Origin: Mobula hypostoma
Lineage: Eukaryota
DNA: 64,000 nt
NCBI RefSeq assembly: GCF_963921235.1
Contig: NC_086097.1
Coordinates: 182,034,001-182,098,000, forward strand
Direction of reading: 5' to 3'
Below the pieces are notes generated by a model. That model had not been told where the DNA came from, ran no database searches, and saw only the letters and a program-made list of their open reading frames with translations. Below, piece by piece: positions 13,441 to 26,602 of the stretch; within the stretch, counting starts at the first letter, position 1; each line of letters begins with the position of its first letter. Position numbers and translations under genes: made by a program.

Positions 13441-13932
13441 GATGAAATGGGGAGAGGAGATTAAGGGAAAACTAGTGGGGTGATGGGGAGTGATGAATGA
13501 AGATATAATGTTAGACTGAAATGAATTCCTCATCATAGAATCATTGAGTTGTACAGGCACAGAAACAGGTCTCTCGGCCATCCTCATCCATGCCAGCAAT
13601 GGTGCCTATCCATGCCAATTCCGTTGTCCTGTATTAAACCTATGCCTTTTCTAGCCAATTACCTGTCCAAATACCTTTAAGATATTATTATTGTACCTGT
13701 CTCTTGCAGCTTGTGTAGTATATTTACCATCCTCTGTGGGAAAGCTTACTTCTCAGATTTCCTTTAAATTTCTTCCCTCTCATCTTAACCCTGTGCTCTC
13801 TAGTTCTGGACTCCCAAGTCCTGTGAAAAATACTTAACTATTCTACTCATGCCTCTCACAACTTTATAAATATCTATAAATTTACCCTTCAGTCTCCAAC
13901 GTTATTGTGAATAAACCCCCTGTTGTTGTCTC

Positions 13933-14161
13933 GCAAACAACAGGAATTCTGCAGATGCTGGAAATTCAAGCAACATACATCAAAGTTGCTGGTGAACGCA
14001 GCAGGCCAAGCAGCATCTATAGGAAGAGGTGCAGTTGACGTTTCAGGCCGAGACCCTTTGTCCTGACGAAGGGTCTCGGCCTGAAACGTCGACTGCACCT
14101 CTTCCTATAGATGCTGCTTGGCCTGCTGCGTTCACCAGCAACTTTGATGTATGTTGCTATC
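13933..14161. mobile_element. inverted pair of Penelope pLTR units (190-bp palindrome)
   Basis: Arms 13969-14062 and 14065-14158 are reverse complements with 2 mismatches; flanking 9-bp direct repeat tgttgtctc (13924-13932, 14162-14170). Confidence 0.9.
14060..14093 (+). ncRNA. minimal type I hammerhead ribozyme motif
   Basis: gtc-CTGACGA-a-gggt(ctcg)gcct-GAAA-cg-TC-gac: intact core, stem I gtc/gac, stem II hairpin, palindromic ACGT stem III, GUC cleavage triplet. Confidence 0.75.
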
Positions 14162-14954
14162 TGTTGTCTCCACTTTTTCAGGCAACACCCTCCCCACTGT
14201 CTGTATTGCTACCATATCCTTCTGTAGTGTGGTGATCAGAGCCAAATGCAATACTTTCATGCAACTACAACATGACATCCCTACTCTTGTATGGAAATTG
14301 TCAGTCACTGCTATGGAACAGAGCAGATATAGATGAAGCTTGAAAAGAGACTCCAAATTGACAACCTTATATCTGTGCAGTTATGTCTGAGCAGGCTTGG
14401 TGGTCACTGCCCTTGCTGTGTTGGAATTATACCCTCAGTTTATAATAACCAGGTACCCAGTCATGCGTGCATCAATAGTAATGTGACCATGTGTGTTTCC
14501 TCCAAGTGCTCCTGTTTGCTTCCACAGTCCAAAGATGTACTAGGCAGTAGGTTAATTGGTCACAGTGAATTGTCCTGTGATTAGGCTAAGCTTAAATAGA
14601 TGGGTTGCTGGGCGCTGTGGCTTGTGGGGGGGGGGGCCTGTTCTGCACTGTATCCCTAAATAAAGAAATAACATTGTTAATATTTGCAGAATTAAGGTAG
14701 ATATATGGTTTTAATGTACATATTGGTGATAATTGAATTGAATCAAAAATAATTTGAGAGGCTCAGTGACCTCGTCTTGGTCCTGTGGTCCAATCTGCAA
14801 GTGTAGGTCTAATGTAGATCAGAAGGATTTGTGTAGTTGGTCAGGAAGTCTCAGTGTTAGAATTTGAGAATTAGCTGCTGGAGAGGCATTGGATAGGGCA
14901 CAATAAGCACAAAGTATTGAAAATACTAAGCAGGTCAAGCAGCATCTGTGGAAA

Positions 14955-16335
14955 GAATCAGATTTATTATCACCAGCATGTGATGTGAAATTTGTTAACT
15001 TAGCAGCAGCAGGTCAATGCAATACATTATCTAGCTGAGAAAAAAATTAAACAAATAAATCAATAAACAAACAAATAAACAAATAATAAATAAACAAATA
15101 AACAAATAAATAATATTGAAGAGATTTTTAAAAAATGTGCAAAAACAGAAATACTGTATATTTAAAAAAAAGTGAGGTAATGTCCAAAGTTTCAATATCC
15201 ATTTAGGAATCGAATGGCAGAGGGAAAGAAGCTGTTCCTGAATTGCTGAGTGTGTGCCTTCAGGCTTCTATACCTCCTTCCTGATGTTAACAATGAGAAA
15301 AGGGAATACCCTGGGTGCTGAAGGTCCTTAATAATGGATGCTGCCTTTCTGAAGATGTCCTAGGTACTTTATAGGCTCATACCCAAAATGGAGATTTACA
15401 ACGTTCTGCAGCTTCTTTCGGTTCTGTACAGCAGCTCCTCCATACCAGAGAGTGATGCAGCCTGTCAGAATGCTCTCCACGGTACAGCTATAGAAGCTTT
15501 TGAGTGTATTTGTTGACATGCCAAATCTGTTCAATCTCCTAATAAAGTATAGCCGCTGTCTTGCCTTCTTTACAACAACATCGATATGTTGGGACCAGGT
15601 TAGATCCTCAGAGATCTTGACATCCAGGATCTTAGGTTAGATTAGATTAGATTCAACATTATTGTCATTGTGCCAAGTACAGATACAAAGCCAATGAAAT
15701 GCAGTTAGCATCTAACCAGAAATGCAAAGCATAGTGTTATTTCCAAAATAACTGCAAATAAAAAGTAAGTGCTACAGCATACAAATATAAAAGTACTGAG
15801 ACAGTACAATATGGGTGCAATACTGTTTAGCGCTGTGATGTGAGGTTCAGCAGGGTCACAGCCTCAGGGAAGAAGCACTTCCTGTGCCTGCTGGTCCAGG
15901 AGCGGAGGCTCCTGTAGTGCCTACCGGATGCTAGGAGAATAAAAAGTCCATGGTTAGGGTGAGATGCATCCTTGATAATGCTTTTCGCCCTGCCCAGGCA
16001 GCGTTTATGGTAGATGTTCTCAATGGTGGGCAATTGGGTGCTGATAATCTGATGAATTTGAAGCTGCTCACTCTTTCCACTTCTGATCCCACTATGAAGA
16101 TTGGTATGTGTTCCTTCGTCTTACCCTTCTTGAAGTCCACAATCAGCTCTTTCGTCTTACTGACGTTGAGTGCCAGGTTGTTGCTGTGACATCACTCCAC
16201 TAGTTGGCACATCTCACTCCTGTATACTCTCTCGTCACCACCTAAGATTCTACCTACAATGTTTGTATTGTCAGCAAATTTATAGATGGTGGTTGAGCTA
16301 TGCCTGGCCACACAGTCATGTGTATAAGAGAAACC
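14955..16335 (-). mobile_element. Rex1/Babar LINE with a second Rex1-like 3' end nested at ~15633-16050
   Basis: ORFs 15328..15534 (FYSCTVESILTGCITLWYG) and 15931..16140; inner copy has a (TTAGA)n tail and ORF 15827..16033 (IIKDASHPNHGLF). Confidence 0.85.
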
Positions 16336-16949
16336 GTTGGTAGTTCATAAATGGGATACTTTGGCAGAACTCGTGTCCATATGTCAGGTCTTTTTTTAAG
16401 TTTAAAGTTGTGTTTGTACTGTGACTTGATAGCAAAAGCACTGACAGTGATTGTGATCCTAAAGCAAAGGCTGGGGAATTTGTCAATTTTGAACCATAAA
16501 TATAACCTGGTTTCTTATCAATGGCCAGTTTGTTTGGAGCGCTGTGTGTTGACAAGGACCCTGTTGGTGTATAGCACTCAAGGATCAAGTGAATGCTAGA
16601 TTTTCTGGTTTAGCAATGCTGTGGAGTGTTGCAAGCACAAGTAGCTTTGCAAAGGGAAGTTTTTGATGGAGACATGATGTTTGTGGAAGCAAAATGGCTG
16701 CATAAACTGCATCACAGGAGAAGGAAGAAGACAAGGTGTTGGTGATCATTGTTGGGAGCCAGGTCCATTTGGCATGCGGGCAAATGGGGAAAGTCCACCT
16801 CTGTTTACTCTCTGTTTTTGGTTTCTGCTCCATGTTAATCTTGTCTGAAGACAGGTGTACCTCAGCTTATTCACTCACTGTTAATCATAGAACTATTCCA
16901 TTTCATTTGGAGACCTGGTTTCGGTGAATGCTAAATAATTTTCTCTGTC

Positions 16950-18600
16950 TCATAGAGTCTTAGAGAAGTACAACACAGAAACAGGCCCTTTGGCCATCTG
17001 GTCCATGCTGAAACCATTTAAACTGCCTACTCCCATTGACCTGCACCTGGACCATACCCCTCCATATTCCTACTATCCATGTACCAATGCAAACTTCTCT
17101 TAAACATTAAAATTGAGCTTGCGTGCACCACCTTTGCTGGTAGCTCATTCTACAATCTCACCACTCTCCGAGTGAAGAAGATTCCCCTCATGTTCCCCTT
17201 AAACTCCTCACCTTTCACCATTAATCCATGTCCTTTGGTTGTAGTCCCACTTAATCTCAGTGGGAAAAACCTGCTTGTATTTGCCCTATCTATACCTCTC
17301 ATAGTTTTTAATACTTCTATTGTATCTCCTCTCAATCTTTTACATTCCAAAGAATACAGTTCTAACCTATTTAATCTTCCCTTATAACGCAGGTCCTACA
17401 GACTCGGCAATGTCCTTGTAAATTTTCTCTGTATTCTTTCAACTTTGTTTACATCTTTCCTGTAGGTAGATGACCAGAACTGCACATAATACTCCAAATT
17501 AGGCCTCACCACGTTTTATACTTAAACATAACATCCCATTTTCTGTACTCAATACATTGAAGGTCATTGTGCCAAAAACTTTCTTTACAACACTATCTAC
17601 CTGTGACGTGACTTTCAATGAATTATGTACCTGTATTCCCAGATCCCTCAGTGCCCTACTATTCACTGTGTAAGACCTTTCCTGGTTGGTTCTACTGAAG
17701 TGCAAAAAACTTGCACTTGTCTGCATTAATTCTGTCTGCCATTCTTCCGCCTATTTTTCCAGCTGATTCAGATCTCTCTGCATGCTATAATAGCCTTTCT
17801 CACTGTCCACTACGCCCCCAATCTTTGTGTCAGCTGCAAACTTGCAGGTCTAGTTAACCACATTGTCAACCATATTATTGATATAGATGACAAACAACAA
17901 ATAACGCAGCATCGAATCCTGGTGACACACCACTAGTCACAGGCCTCCAGTCAGAGGCAACCCTCTATGATCATTCTTTGGCTTCTCCCACAAAGCTAAT
18001 GTCTAATCCGATTTACTACCACATCCTGAATGCTGAGTGACTGAATCTTCTTGACCAGCCTCCTATGCAGGACCTTGTCAAATGCCTTACTAAAATCCAT
18101 GTAGACAACATTCACTGCCTTGCTGTCATCCTTTTTCCTGGTAACTTCCTCGAAAAGCTCTATAAGGTTGGTTAGACATGACCTACCATGCACTAAGCCA
18201 TGCTAACTATCCTTAATCAGTCCATGTCCATCCAAATCTTATATACTTGGTTCCTGAGAATACTTTCCCATAACTTTCCCACAACTGATATCAGACTCAC
18301 TGGCCTATAATTTCCTGGTTTCCGTTTTTTTATTTACACAGCAGAACAACATTGGCTATCCTCCAATCTTCTGGACCTCTCCTGTCGCTAAGGATGTTTC
18401 AAATATCTCTGCTAAGGCCACAGCAATTTCCACGCTTGCCTCCCGTCGGGTCTGAAGGAAAACCTTGTCTAGCCCTGGGGATTTATCCACCCTGATTTGC
18501 CTCAGGGCAAGAAACACCACCTCCTTTGAATCTGTACAGGGTCCATGAAGTTGATGCCACTTTCCCTCATTTCTATAGTCTCTGTATCTATCTCCCAAGT
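16950..18600 (-). mobile_element. CR1 LINE, 5'-truncated ORF2 pseudogene
   Basis: ORFs GRSCLTNLIELFEEVT..VYMDFSKAFDKV, KSPGLDKVF and RLRGDTIEV. Confidence 0.9.
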
Positions 18601-19299
18601 AAATATAGTTATCCACACTCTTTTAGATCGATGGATAGTAATATTTGATGAACATGTGGAATGTGGCTATAGTTTTCAGTTATTGCGAGGGAGCTTACAT
18701 AGACACTTGGGTAGTGTCTGCAGGCAGTTTGAACTTGACCTACCTGCAATAGTCCCGATAAAGTCTCACCAGGACTCTATTATTGGAGTGAGGAACCTTG
18801 ATCCAAAACATTTTTTTACAATAAAGGCCAGCACGCTTTGTCTTCATAATTGATTACTGGATCTATATGCTGATTTTAAAGGTTTATGTACAAGAATAAC
18901 TAGGTCCCTCTGAATACCAACATATTTCAATCATGTAGCATTAAAATATTTTTTGTTTTAATATTTCACAGTGAAGTAGATGTTCTGCATTTTTCCACAT
19001 TATCTCTATTAGCATTGTCTTTGCCCATTCACTCAAGACTCCATATAACCCCATGAAGTATCTCTGCACCCTCCTCAAAGCCTATACTTCTACCTACCTT
19101 TTGTCATCAGCAATCTTGTACGCTTTACACATCAGAGTTGTTACGGGTAATGCAATTGGTTTCTAGAATCATTAGTAATACAGCATAGAAACAGGCTCTT
19201 TGGCCCAACTTGTCCATGCCAACCAAGGTACCTTCCTGAGTGTGCCCATTTGTGTTTGTTTGGCCTATATCTCTTGAAACCTTTCCCATCCATGACTTG

Positions 19300-20440
19300 A
19301 ACCTCATCACTAAGCTCCGAAACCTGGACTTTGATACCTCCCTGTGAAATTGGATCCTTGATTTCCTTACTGGTAAACCTCAGCTCATAGGGATTGGCAG
19401 CAGCATCTCTTCCATAATCACCATCAGACCAGGTGCACCACAAAGCTATGTGCATAACCCCCTGCTGTACTCACCTGATACTTATGATTCTGTGACTACA
19501 TACAGCTCTAATGCCATATTTGTGTTTGCTGACAACACCACTGTTGTTGGCCAAATCAAAGGTGGTGACGTATTGCCGTATAGGAGGGAGATTGAAAATC
19601 TGGTTGAGTGGTGCCACAACAACAAGATATCATTCAATGTCAGCAAAGCTAAAGAGCTGATTATTGACTACAGAACGAAGAAGCTGGAAGTCCATGAGCC
19701 AGTCCCCATTGGAAGATTGGAGGTGGAGAGGGTCATTAACTTTAAAATCGTTGGCATTATCATTTCAGAAGATCTGTCCTGTGACCAGCATGTAAGTGCC
19801 ATTACAAAGAAGGCACCGCCGTGCCTCTAATTTCTCAGAACTTTGTATAGATTCAGCATGTCACCAAAAATTTTGACCAACTTCTATAGATGCACAGTGG
19901 AGAGTATCCTAACTGGTTGCATCATGGCCTGGTATGGATACATCAATGCCCAAAAGCCGACAAAAAGTGGTGGATACAGCCTAGTTTGTCACAGGAAAAG
20001 TCCTTCCCACTATTGAGCACATCTATAACAAACGCTACCACAAAAAAGCAGCATCCGTTATAAAGGATGCCCACTATCCAGGTCATGTTCTCTTTTAGGT
20101 ACAGCCATTGGGAAGGTGGTACAGGTGCCTTATGTTCTACACCACCAGGTTCTTGGAACGGTTATTACCCTTCAACATCAGACACCTGAACTGGCATGGA
20201 TAACTTCACAATACTCAACTCTGAATTGATTCTACAAACTACTGACACACTTTCAAAGACTCTATACAATTTATGTTCTCAATTTTATTTTTTATTTGCA
20301 CAGTTTGTCTTTTGCAAATTAGAGTGTTTGTCAGTATTTGTTGTTTATATGGTTTTCATAAAATTCTATTGTTTTTTTTTCCCCAGTAAATGCTTGCAAG
20401 TATACAATATACACACTTTGATAATAAATTTACTTTGAAT
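19300..20440 (+). mobile_element. Rex1/Babar LINE inserted in a CR1 3' end
   Basis: ORF 19450..19830 FADNTTVVG..EIENLVEWCHNN; tail aataaatttactttgaattttg; CR1 sequence on both flanks. Confidence 0.85.
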
Positions 20441-20744
20441 TTTGTCTTTTTAAATGTTATAATTGTATCCACCTCTACAGCTTCCAACAATGGGCATCAG
20501 AATGAAGGGTGATAGATAATTTACTGCACAGTTGGTAGCTGTTCTGTAATCAGCTCCAAAAAAGAGTCAGCCAAAGAAGCACTTAAATGAAATGTGATTC
20601 CTAACCTTCAGCCTCTTCCCTTGTTGATTACAGCAATGAAGAACTTTTGTCCTGATGGGAATCATTTTCTTTGGAGCAAAGTAAACAGGTCAAAGTCAAG
20701 TGCAATATCATATGTTCTGTCTACTCTTCTTGTTGCCTCAGTAA

Positions 20745-21120
20745 AGCAGCCGACATATCAAAGAACCTACCTACTCCAGACAGTCTCTCTTCTCTCCTTT
20801 CCCATCAGGCAGAAAATACAAAAGCATGAAAGCATGTTCCACCAGGCTCAAAGGCAGCTTCTGCCCTCCTGTTACCAGCGTCCTGAATGGACCTCTTGTA
20901 CGATAAGATGGATTTGTTGCCTCACAGTTGTTATGATCTTGCATTTTATTGTTTATCTGCACTGCACAGGTTCAGTAGCTTTTACCTTTTATACTGCATT
21001 GTTATTGTTTTACCTTATTCTAGCTCAATGCATTTGGTAATGATTTGATCTTTAGTAGCAGTATGCAATCAAGTTTTCACTCTATCTCGGTAATGTGACA
21101 ATAATAAACCAATGCCAATA
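20745..21120 (+). mobile_element. Rex1-type LINE 3' end
   Basis: aaagcagccgacatatcaaag..cccatcaggcagaaaatacaaaagc; tail acaataataaacca. Confidence 0.7.
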
Positions 21121-21576
21121 CAAGAACATGTAGACACAGATGCAACAGAAAATTACTAGCAGCAGCATCACAGGTACATAGCATCATATAAACAGTATTC
21201 ACAAGAAAAGCATGATGAAACAGGCATGATGAAATGGTGGAACAGACTTGATGTGCTGGATGGCCCAATTCTGCTCCTGTATCTTATGGTCTTAAACCTT
21301 TCCTACACATATACCTGTCCAAATAAGTTTTAAACATATTAATGTATCTACCTCAATCACTTCATCTGGTAGCGCATTTCAAATACAGACTACTTCTGGC
21401 TAAAAATGTTACCCCTCAGGTTCCTATTAAATTTATGCTATCTAGTTCCAGATTCCCCAACCCTGAGAAGAAGACTGTGCACATTCACCTTATCTGTGTC
21501 CTTCATGATTTCTCTATTGTCATTCCTCATTCTCTAACTTCAATAATAAACAGTCCCAACATGCTCAGCATCTAAT

Positions 21577-21692
21577 CACAAACAAGAGAAAATCTGCAGA
21601 TGCTGGAAATCCAAGCAACACACACAAAATGCTGGAGGAACTCAGCAGGCCTGGTAGCATCTATGGAAAGAAGTGCAGTTGATGTTTTGGGT
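21577..21692 (-). mobile_element. Penelope pLTR unit inserted in CR1
   Basis: aaaatctgcagatgctggaaatccaagcaacacacacaaaatgctggaggaactcagcagg. Confidence 0.8.
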
Positions 21693-21939
21693 CTCTCCTC
21701 AGCTTCCACTCCAGAGAAAACGGCCCGAGTGTGTCCAAACTTATACCACATTCATTCTAACCCAGGCAGAAATGTAGTAAACTTCTTCTGCACCCTCTCT
21801 AAATCTTTCACAAGCTTCTGATAAAGGGCTGACCAGAGTTGAATGCAATATTATATATGGGGCCACTGCAACCTACCTTCCCTTGCAGAGGGTCCAGTAA
21901 GCACAGGTTGTAGTATTAATTGGTAGAAGGCCTAGAGGG

Positions 21940-22230
21940 GAGGCACAGTAGTATTGTGGTTAGTACAATGCTTTACAATGTCAGTGAACACTGATCTTGG
22001 TTCAATTCCCATCGCTGTCTGTAAGCAGTTTGTAGGTTTGCCCTGTGACTGCATTGGTTTCCTCTGGGTGCTGAAGTTTCATCCCATATTCCAAAAAAGT
22101 GTGCTGGTTTGAGCTAGTAAGTTGTGGGCAAGCTATGTTGCCACCCGAAGCATAGTGACATGGACTGCCCCTATCCTCGCACTATGTTGGCCGTTATTGC
22201 AAACAGCACATTTCACTGTTTTGATGTCCA
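21940..22230 (+). mobile_element. tRNA-derived SINE
   Basis: ggcacagtagt..ggttcaattccc..ctgtgactgc..gtttcctctgggtgct; same family as 29735. Confidence 0.7.
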
Positions 22231-22654
22231 AAGGTGAGGCTCCAGGTATTCCCTGCTGCTCCCCAGTCTTAAGTTATTTCAGACTTGAGACTGTGAAATT
22301 GGTAATGTTCCAGTCCTGGAATTACTTGCACTTAATGAATAAGTGCTTCCATTTTCCCACTGATTGCTGTTCAGGCTATTGCCTGAGAGTGCAGTTCAGG
22401 TTCTGATCACTAGAGGTCACTAGGAGCCCAGATAGATGCTTGATGAACATCAGGTTGATGGTTACTAACAGCAATGCAGACTTGAGATTACAATATACAG
22501 GAGTTTATTGAATTGTTAAGCAGGCTTGAGGAGCCAACTGGCCAATTTCTGCTCTGAACTTGCATGTTGTTATTGGGTGCACACATTGAGTACAGCAGGT
22601 GAATGGAAGTCACCCTTCTCACCTGGCTGGGTGGGTGGGGGGGGGACTGAGGTA

Positions 22655-23632
22655 ATCACACAAAATTTTGGAGGTACTCATCAAGTCAGGCAGTATCTGT
22701 AGAAAGGAATAACAAGTTGATTTTTAGGCCAAGGCTCTTCATTAGGATGGGAAAAGAAGGGGGAAGAAGCCAGAATAAGATAGTGGGGGTGGGAGAGGGG
22801 AAGGAGTACAAGCTAGAAGGTGAGCGATCAAACCAGTAAGGAAGAAGGTAAGTGGGTAAAGGGGGTGAATGGGGTGAAGTGAGAAGCTGGTAGGTGATAG
22901 GTGGAAAAGGTAAAGGTGAAGGAATCGGGATAAGAGAGGAAAGTGGACCACGGAAGAAAGGCAAGGAGGAGGCGCACTACAGAGACATAATAGAAGAAGA
23001 GAAGGGGTAAGAAGGGAGCCAAAACGGGGAATGGAAAAAGAGAGAAGGCGGGAGGGGGAAAAATTACTGACAGTTAGAAAAATTGATGTTCATGCTTTCA
23101 GCTTGGAGATTACCCGGACAGAACCTGAGAGTGGCCTCATCGTGGCAGTAGAGGAGGCCAAGGACCGACATGCCCAAATGTGAATGGGCAGTGGAATTAA
23201 AATGGTTGGCCACAAGGAAATCCTGCTTGTTGTGGACAGAGCGATGGTACTTGAGAACCTCCCTCTGATGCCCCTTCTCCTTCCCTTTCTCTCTTGTTCC
23301 ATTCTCTTCTCCTATCAGAATTCCTTCTTCTTTAGCCCTTTACCTTTTCCACCTTATCACTTCCCAGCTTCTCACTTCATCCTCTCTCCTCCACTCACCA
23401 ACCATCCCCCTGATCTAGGTTTACCTATACCTTCTAGCTTGTACTCTTCCTTCTCCCCCTACCTTCTCATTCTGGCCTCTTCCCCCAGTCATTCCAGTCC
23501 TGATGAAGGGTCTTGGCCCAAACTTTTGACTCTTTATTCTTTTCCATAGATGCAGCCTGACCTACTGAGCTCATTCAGCAGCTTGTGCATGTTACTCTGG
23601 ATTTCCAGAATCTGCAGAATCTCTGGTGTTTG
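22655..23632. mobile_element. Penelope-like 3' ends in inverted arrangement (minus ~22655-23250, plus ~23250-23632)
   Basis: Purine-rich then pyrimidine-rich mirror tracts; GIY-YIG C-terminal DNA on minus (gtggcctcatcgtggcagtagagg); hammerhead motifs at 22716-22750 (-, degenerate) and 23495-23531 (+, cagtcCTGATGAagggtcttggccc). Confidence 0.85.
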
Positions 23633-24099
23633 GGACTGAGGTTATCTCTAACCGCTGGTTTCCCCTTTGTGTTCTTGGAGTAGCTGAGTGAACCACTGCT
23701 CTTGTCCAGGAACTTTTGTCTTTCTCTCTAGCTTTCGTACTGGCTGCCAGTACACTGGCTAGACAGGGAGATACTTGGGTGGTGTTCTTGTCCAGAGCAT
23801 AGGTGCAGTTTGTAAAGCAGGTGCGTTATTTTGGAAAAGAACAGGAAGTTATAGTGCATGCACCAGAGAAGTGGCAGGATCAACAGTGAATATCCAAAGA
23901 TTAGTGCAAACTTGGATTCAGAGCAAGTATCGCCTAGCTGCCCCTTCAAACCAACTTGACAGCTCAATAAGATTGTGCTCAATCTGATTATAACCTCAGC
24001 TCTGCATTCTTGCCTTCCCAAATAACCTATCATTCTGTAGTTCATCAAGTATCAATCTATACAGTACTGTCTTTAAAGTAGAGTGAGTTTGGATCCATC

Positions 24100-26035
24100 A
24101 GACTATGAAGAACGGTGGGGATGATGGCAGAACAGAGGTGCCTGAAGTTTCTAGGAATAGTTCACAAGGCCCCACAGAAGAAGTTCTCAAATGGCAGGGC
24201 TAGGCAACCGTGGCTGACGAGGGAAGTTATGGTAGATATAAAAGCCAAGGAAAGGGCATATAAGATTGCAAAAGTGAGCTGGATGATTGGGAAAGTTTTA
24301 AAATCCAACAAAAGACAACTAAAAAGGGCTTTAAGAAGGGTAAAGCGGAAATACAAGGGCAAACTAGCCTATAATGTAAAGCAGAATACTGTAAGTTTTT
24401 TCAGTTATATAAAGAATTAAAGAGAGGTGAAAGTTGATATTGGACCACTGGAAAATGATGCTGGTGAGGACAAAGAAATGACAGATGAATTTATTAAGTA
24501 CTTGGTTTCTGTCTTCACTGTGTAACACACTAGCTCTATCCCAGAGGTTTGTGAGAGTCAGAGCAGGAATGAGTGTCATTGCTATTACAAAGGAAAAGTG
24601 CGAGGTAAACTGAAAGATCTTAAGGTGGACAAGCTACCTGCACCAAATGGACTGCATCCCAGAGTCCTGAGAGAGTTTGCTGAAGAGATAATGGATACAT
24701 TGGTCATGATCTTTCAAGAATCACTTGATGCTGGCATAGTCCCGGAGAAATGGAAAATTGCAAATGTCACTTCACTTTTTAAGAAAGGAGGAAGGCAAAA
24801 GAAAGGAAATTATAGGCCAGTTAGCCTAATAGTGGTTGGGAAAATGTTGGAGTCTATTAGTAATGACAAGGTTTTGGGGTACTTGGAGAAGCAGTGGATG
24901 TCATTTACTTAGATTTTCGGAAGGCATTTGACAAGATGCTACACTTGAGGCTGCTTAACAAGATAAAATCCGATGGCATTACAGGAAGGATACTGGCATG
25001 GATAGCGGAAAGGCTGACCGGCAGGAGGCAGCGAGTGGGAATGAAGGGGGTCTTTTCTGTTTGGCTGCCAGAGGTGTTCCTCACGGCTCAGTATTGGGAC
25101 TGCTACCTTTCACATTGTCAGCGAGTTGGATAATGGAATTGATGACTTTGTGACAAAGTTTGTGGATGATATGGAGGAGTAGGTAGTGCTGAGGAAGCAA
25201 TATGATTGCAGCAAGACTTAGGCAAATTGGAAGAATGGGCAAAAACATGGCAGATGGAATACATTGTTGGGAAACGTATGATAATACATTTTGGTAAAAG
25301 GAACAATAGTGCAGACTGTTATCTAAATGAGGAGAAAATTCAAACATCAGAGGTGCAAAGGGACATGGGGAGTCCTCGTACAAGACTTCCAGAAGGTTAA
25401 TTCATAGGTTGAGTCTGTGGTAAAGAAGGCAAGTGAAAAGTTGGCATTTATTTCAAGGGGAATAGAATATAAAAACAAGGAGATAATGCTGAGGATTTAT
25501 AACATACTTGGAGTATTGTCAACAGTTTTGGGCCCCTTGTCTCAGAAAGGATGAGTTGTTATTGGAGGGAGTCCAGAGGATGTTCATGAGGATGATTCCT
25601 GGAATGAAGGTGTTAACATAGGAGTGTTTGGTAGTTTTGGATCTGTAGTCACTGGAACTTAGAAAAATGTTGGAGGATCTCATTGAAACCTACTGAATAT
25701 TGAAAAGATAGGGTGGATGTGGAAGGAATGTTTCCTCTGGTGGGGTATCCAGAATTAGAGGGCACAGCCTCAAAATTGAGGGGCAACCTTTTAGAACAGA
25801 AGTAGGAAGGATTTTTTTTAAGCCAAAGAGTGGTGAATTTGTGGAATGCTTTACCACAGGCTTCGGTGGATGCCATTTCTGTGGGTATATTTAAAGCGGA
25901 AGTTGTTTGGGGCATCAAGGGACATGGTGAGAGGGCAGGTGTATGGGGTTTACTGGGAGTTGGGATCAGCCATGATGAAATAGTGGAGCGGACTCAATGG
26001 ACTAAATGGTCTAACTCTAATTTTATGTCTTATGG
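24100..26035 (+). mobile_element. CR1 LINE ORF2 pseudogene
   Basis: ORFs 24598..24912 (WKIANVTSLFKKG..NYRPVSL), 24894..25133 (YLDFRKAFDK) and 25830..26126 (VNLWNALP). Confidence 0.92.
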
Positions 26036-26602
26036 TTTCAGAAGAAAGTTGCAAGGATATATGCGAAACATGGCAGGAGGTACTGACTTAGGTAGCACCT
26101 TGTTTGGCATGGACAAGTTGGGCTGAAGAACCGGTTCTTGTGTTTTATTGAATCGTGTTCCTCTGAGAGAAAAAGTATTTACTGTATTTCTGTCTTCAGT
26201 GAGTGATCATTTTTATTAAACAGTAACCCCCTCGTTCTAGAGTCTCCCATAAAAGGAATCATCCACTCCATATCCACTCTGTCCATGCCTCCCAAGATTT
26301 TGTATACAGTCATAGAGTAGTTTAGCATGGAAGGGAGCACTAACCTAGACACTTTTGCTGAGAATGGCCCATGAGGGGAAAATAATTCGGCCATGATTGA
26401 ATGGCAGAGCAGACCCAATGCCCGGGTAGTCTAATACTTCCTGCCTGATGTCTGATGGTCTTACATCCCTCTTATCCAAATGTCTTTTAAATATTGGTGT
26501 TTTGCCTGTCTCCAGTAGCCTATTCCATATATACATCACCCTCTGCATGAAAAAGTTGCCCTTCAACTCCTTTTCAAATCTTTCACTTCTCACCTTAAAC
26601 CT

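Larger units (their letters stand above)
13530..14270 (-). mobile_element. CR1 3' fragment interrupted by a Penelope fold-back insert
   Basis: catagaatcat..cacagaaacagg tail; cctttctgtagtgtggtgatcaga resumes after 14170. Confidence 0.75.

Noticed and set aside
14035..14066. Second hammerhead on the minus strand of the fold-back
   Set aside because: Minus strand reads CAGGACAA in place of CUGACGA, so the core is broken
13889..14235. Two opposite-strand ORFs with near-identical peptides
   Set aside because: By-product of the DNA palindrome, not a gene pair
21940..22030. tRNA genes at SINE heads (also 13290, 29735)
   Set aside because: Only degenerate A/B boxes continuing into SINE bodies; no cloverleaf
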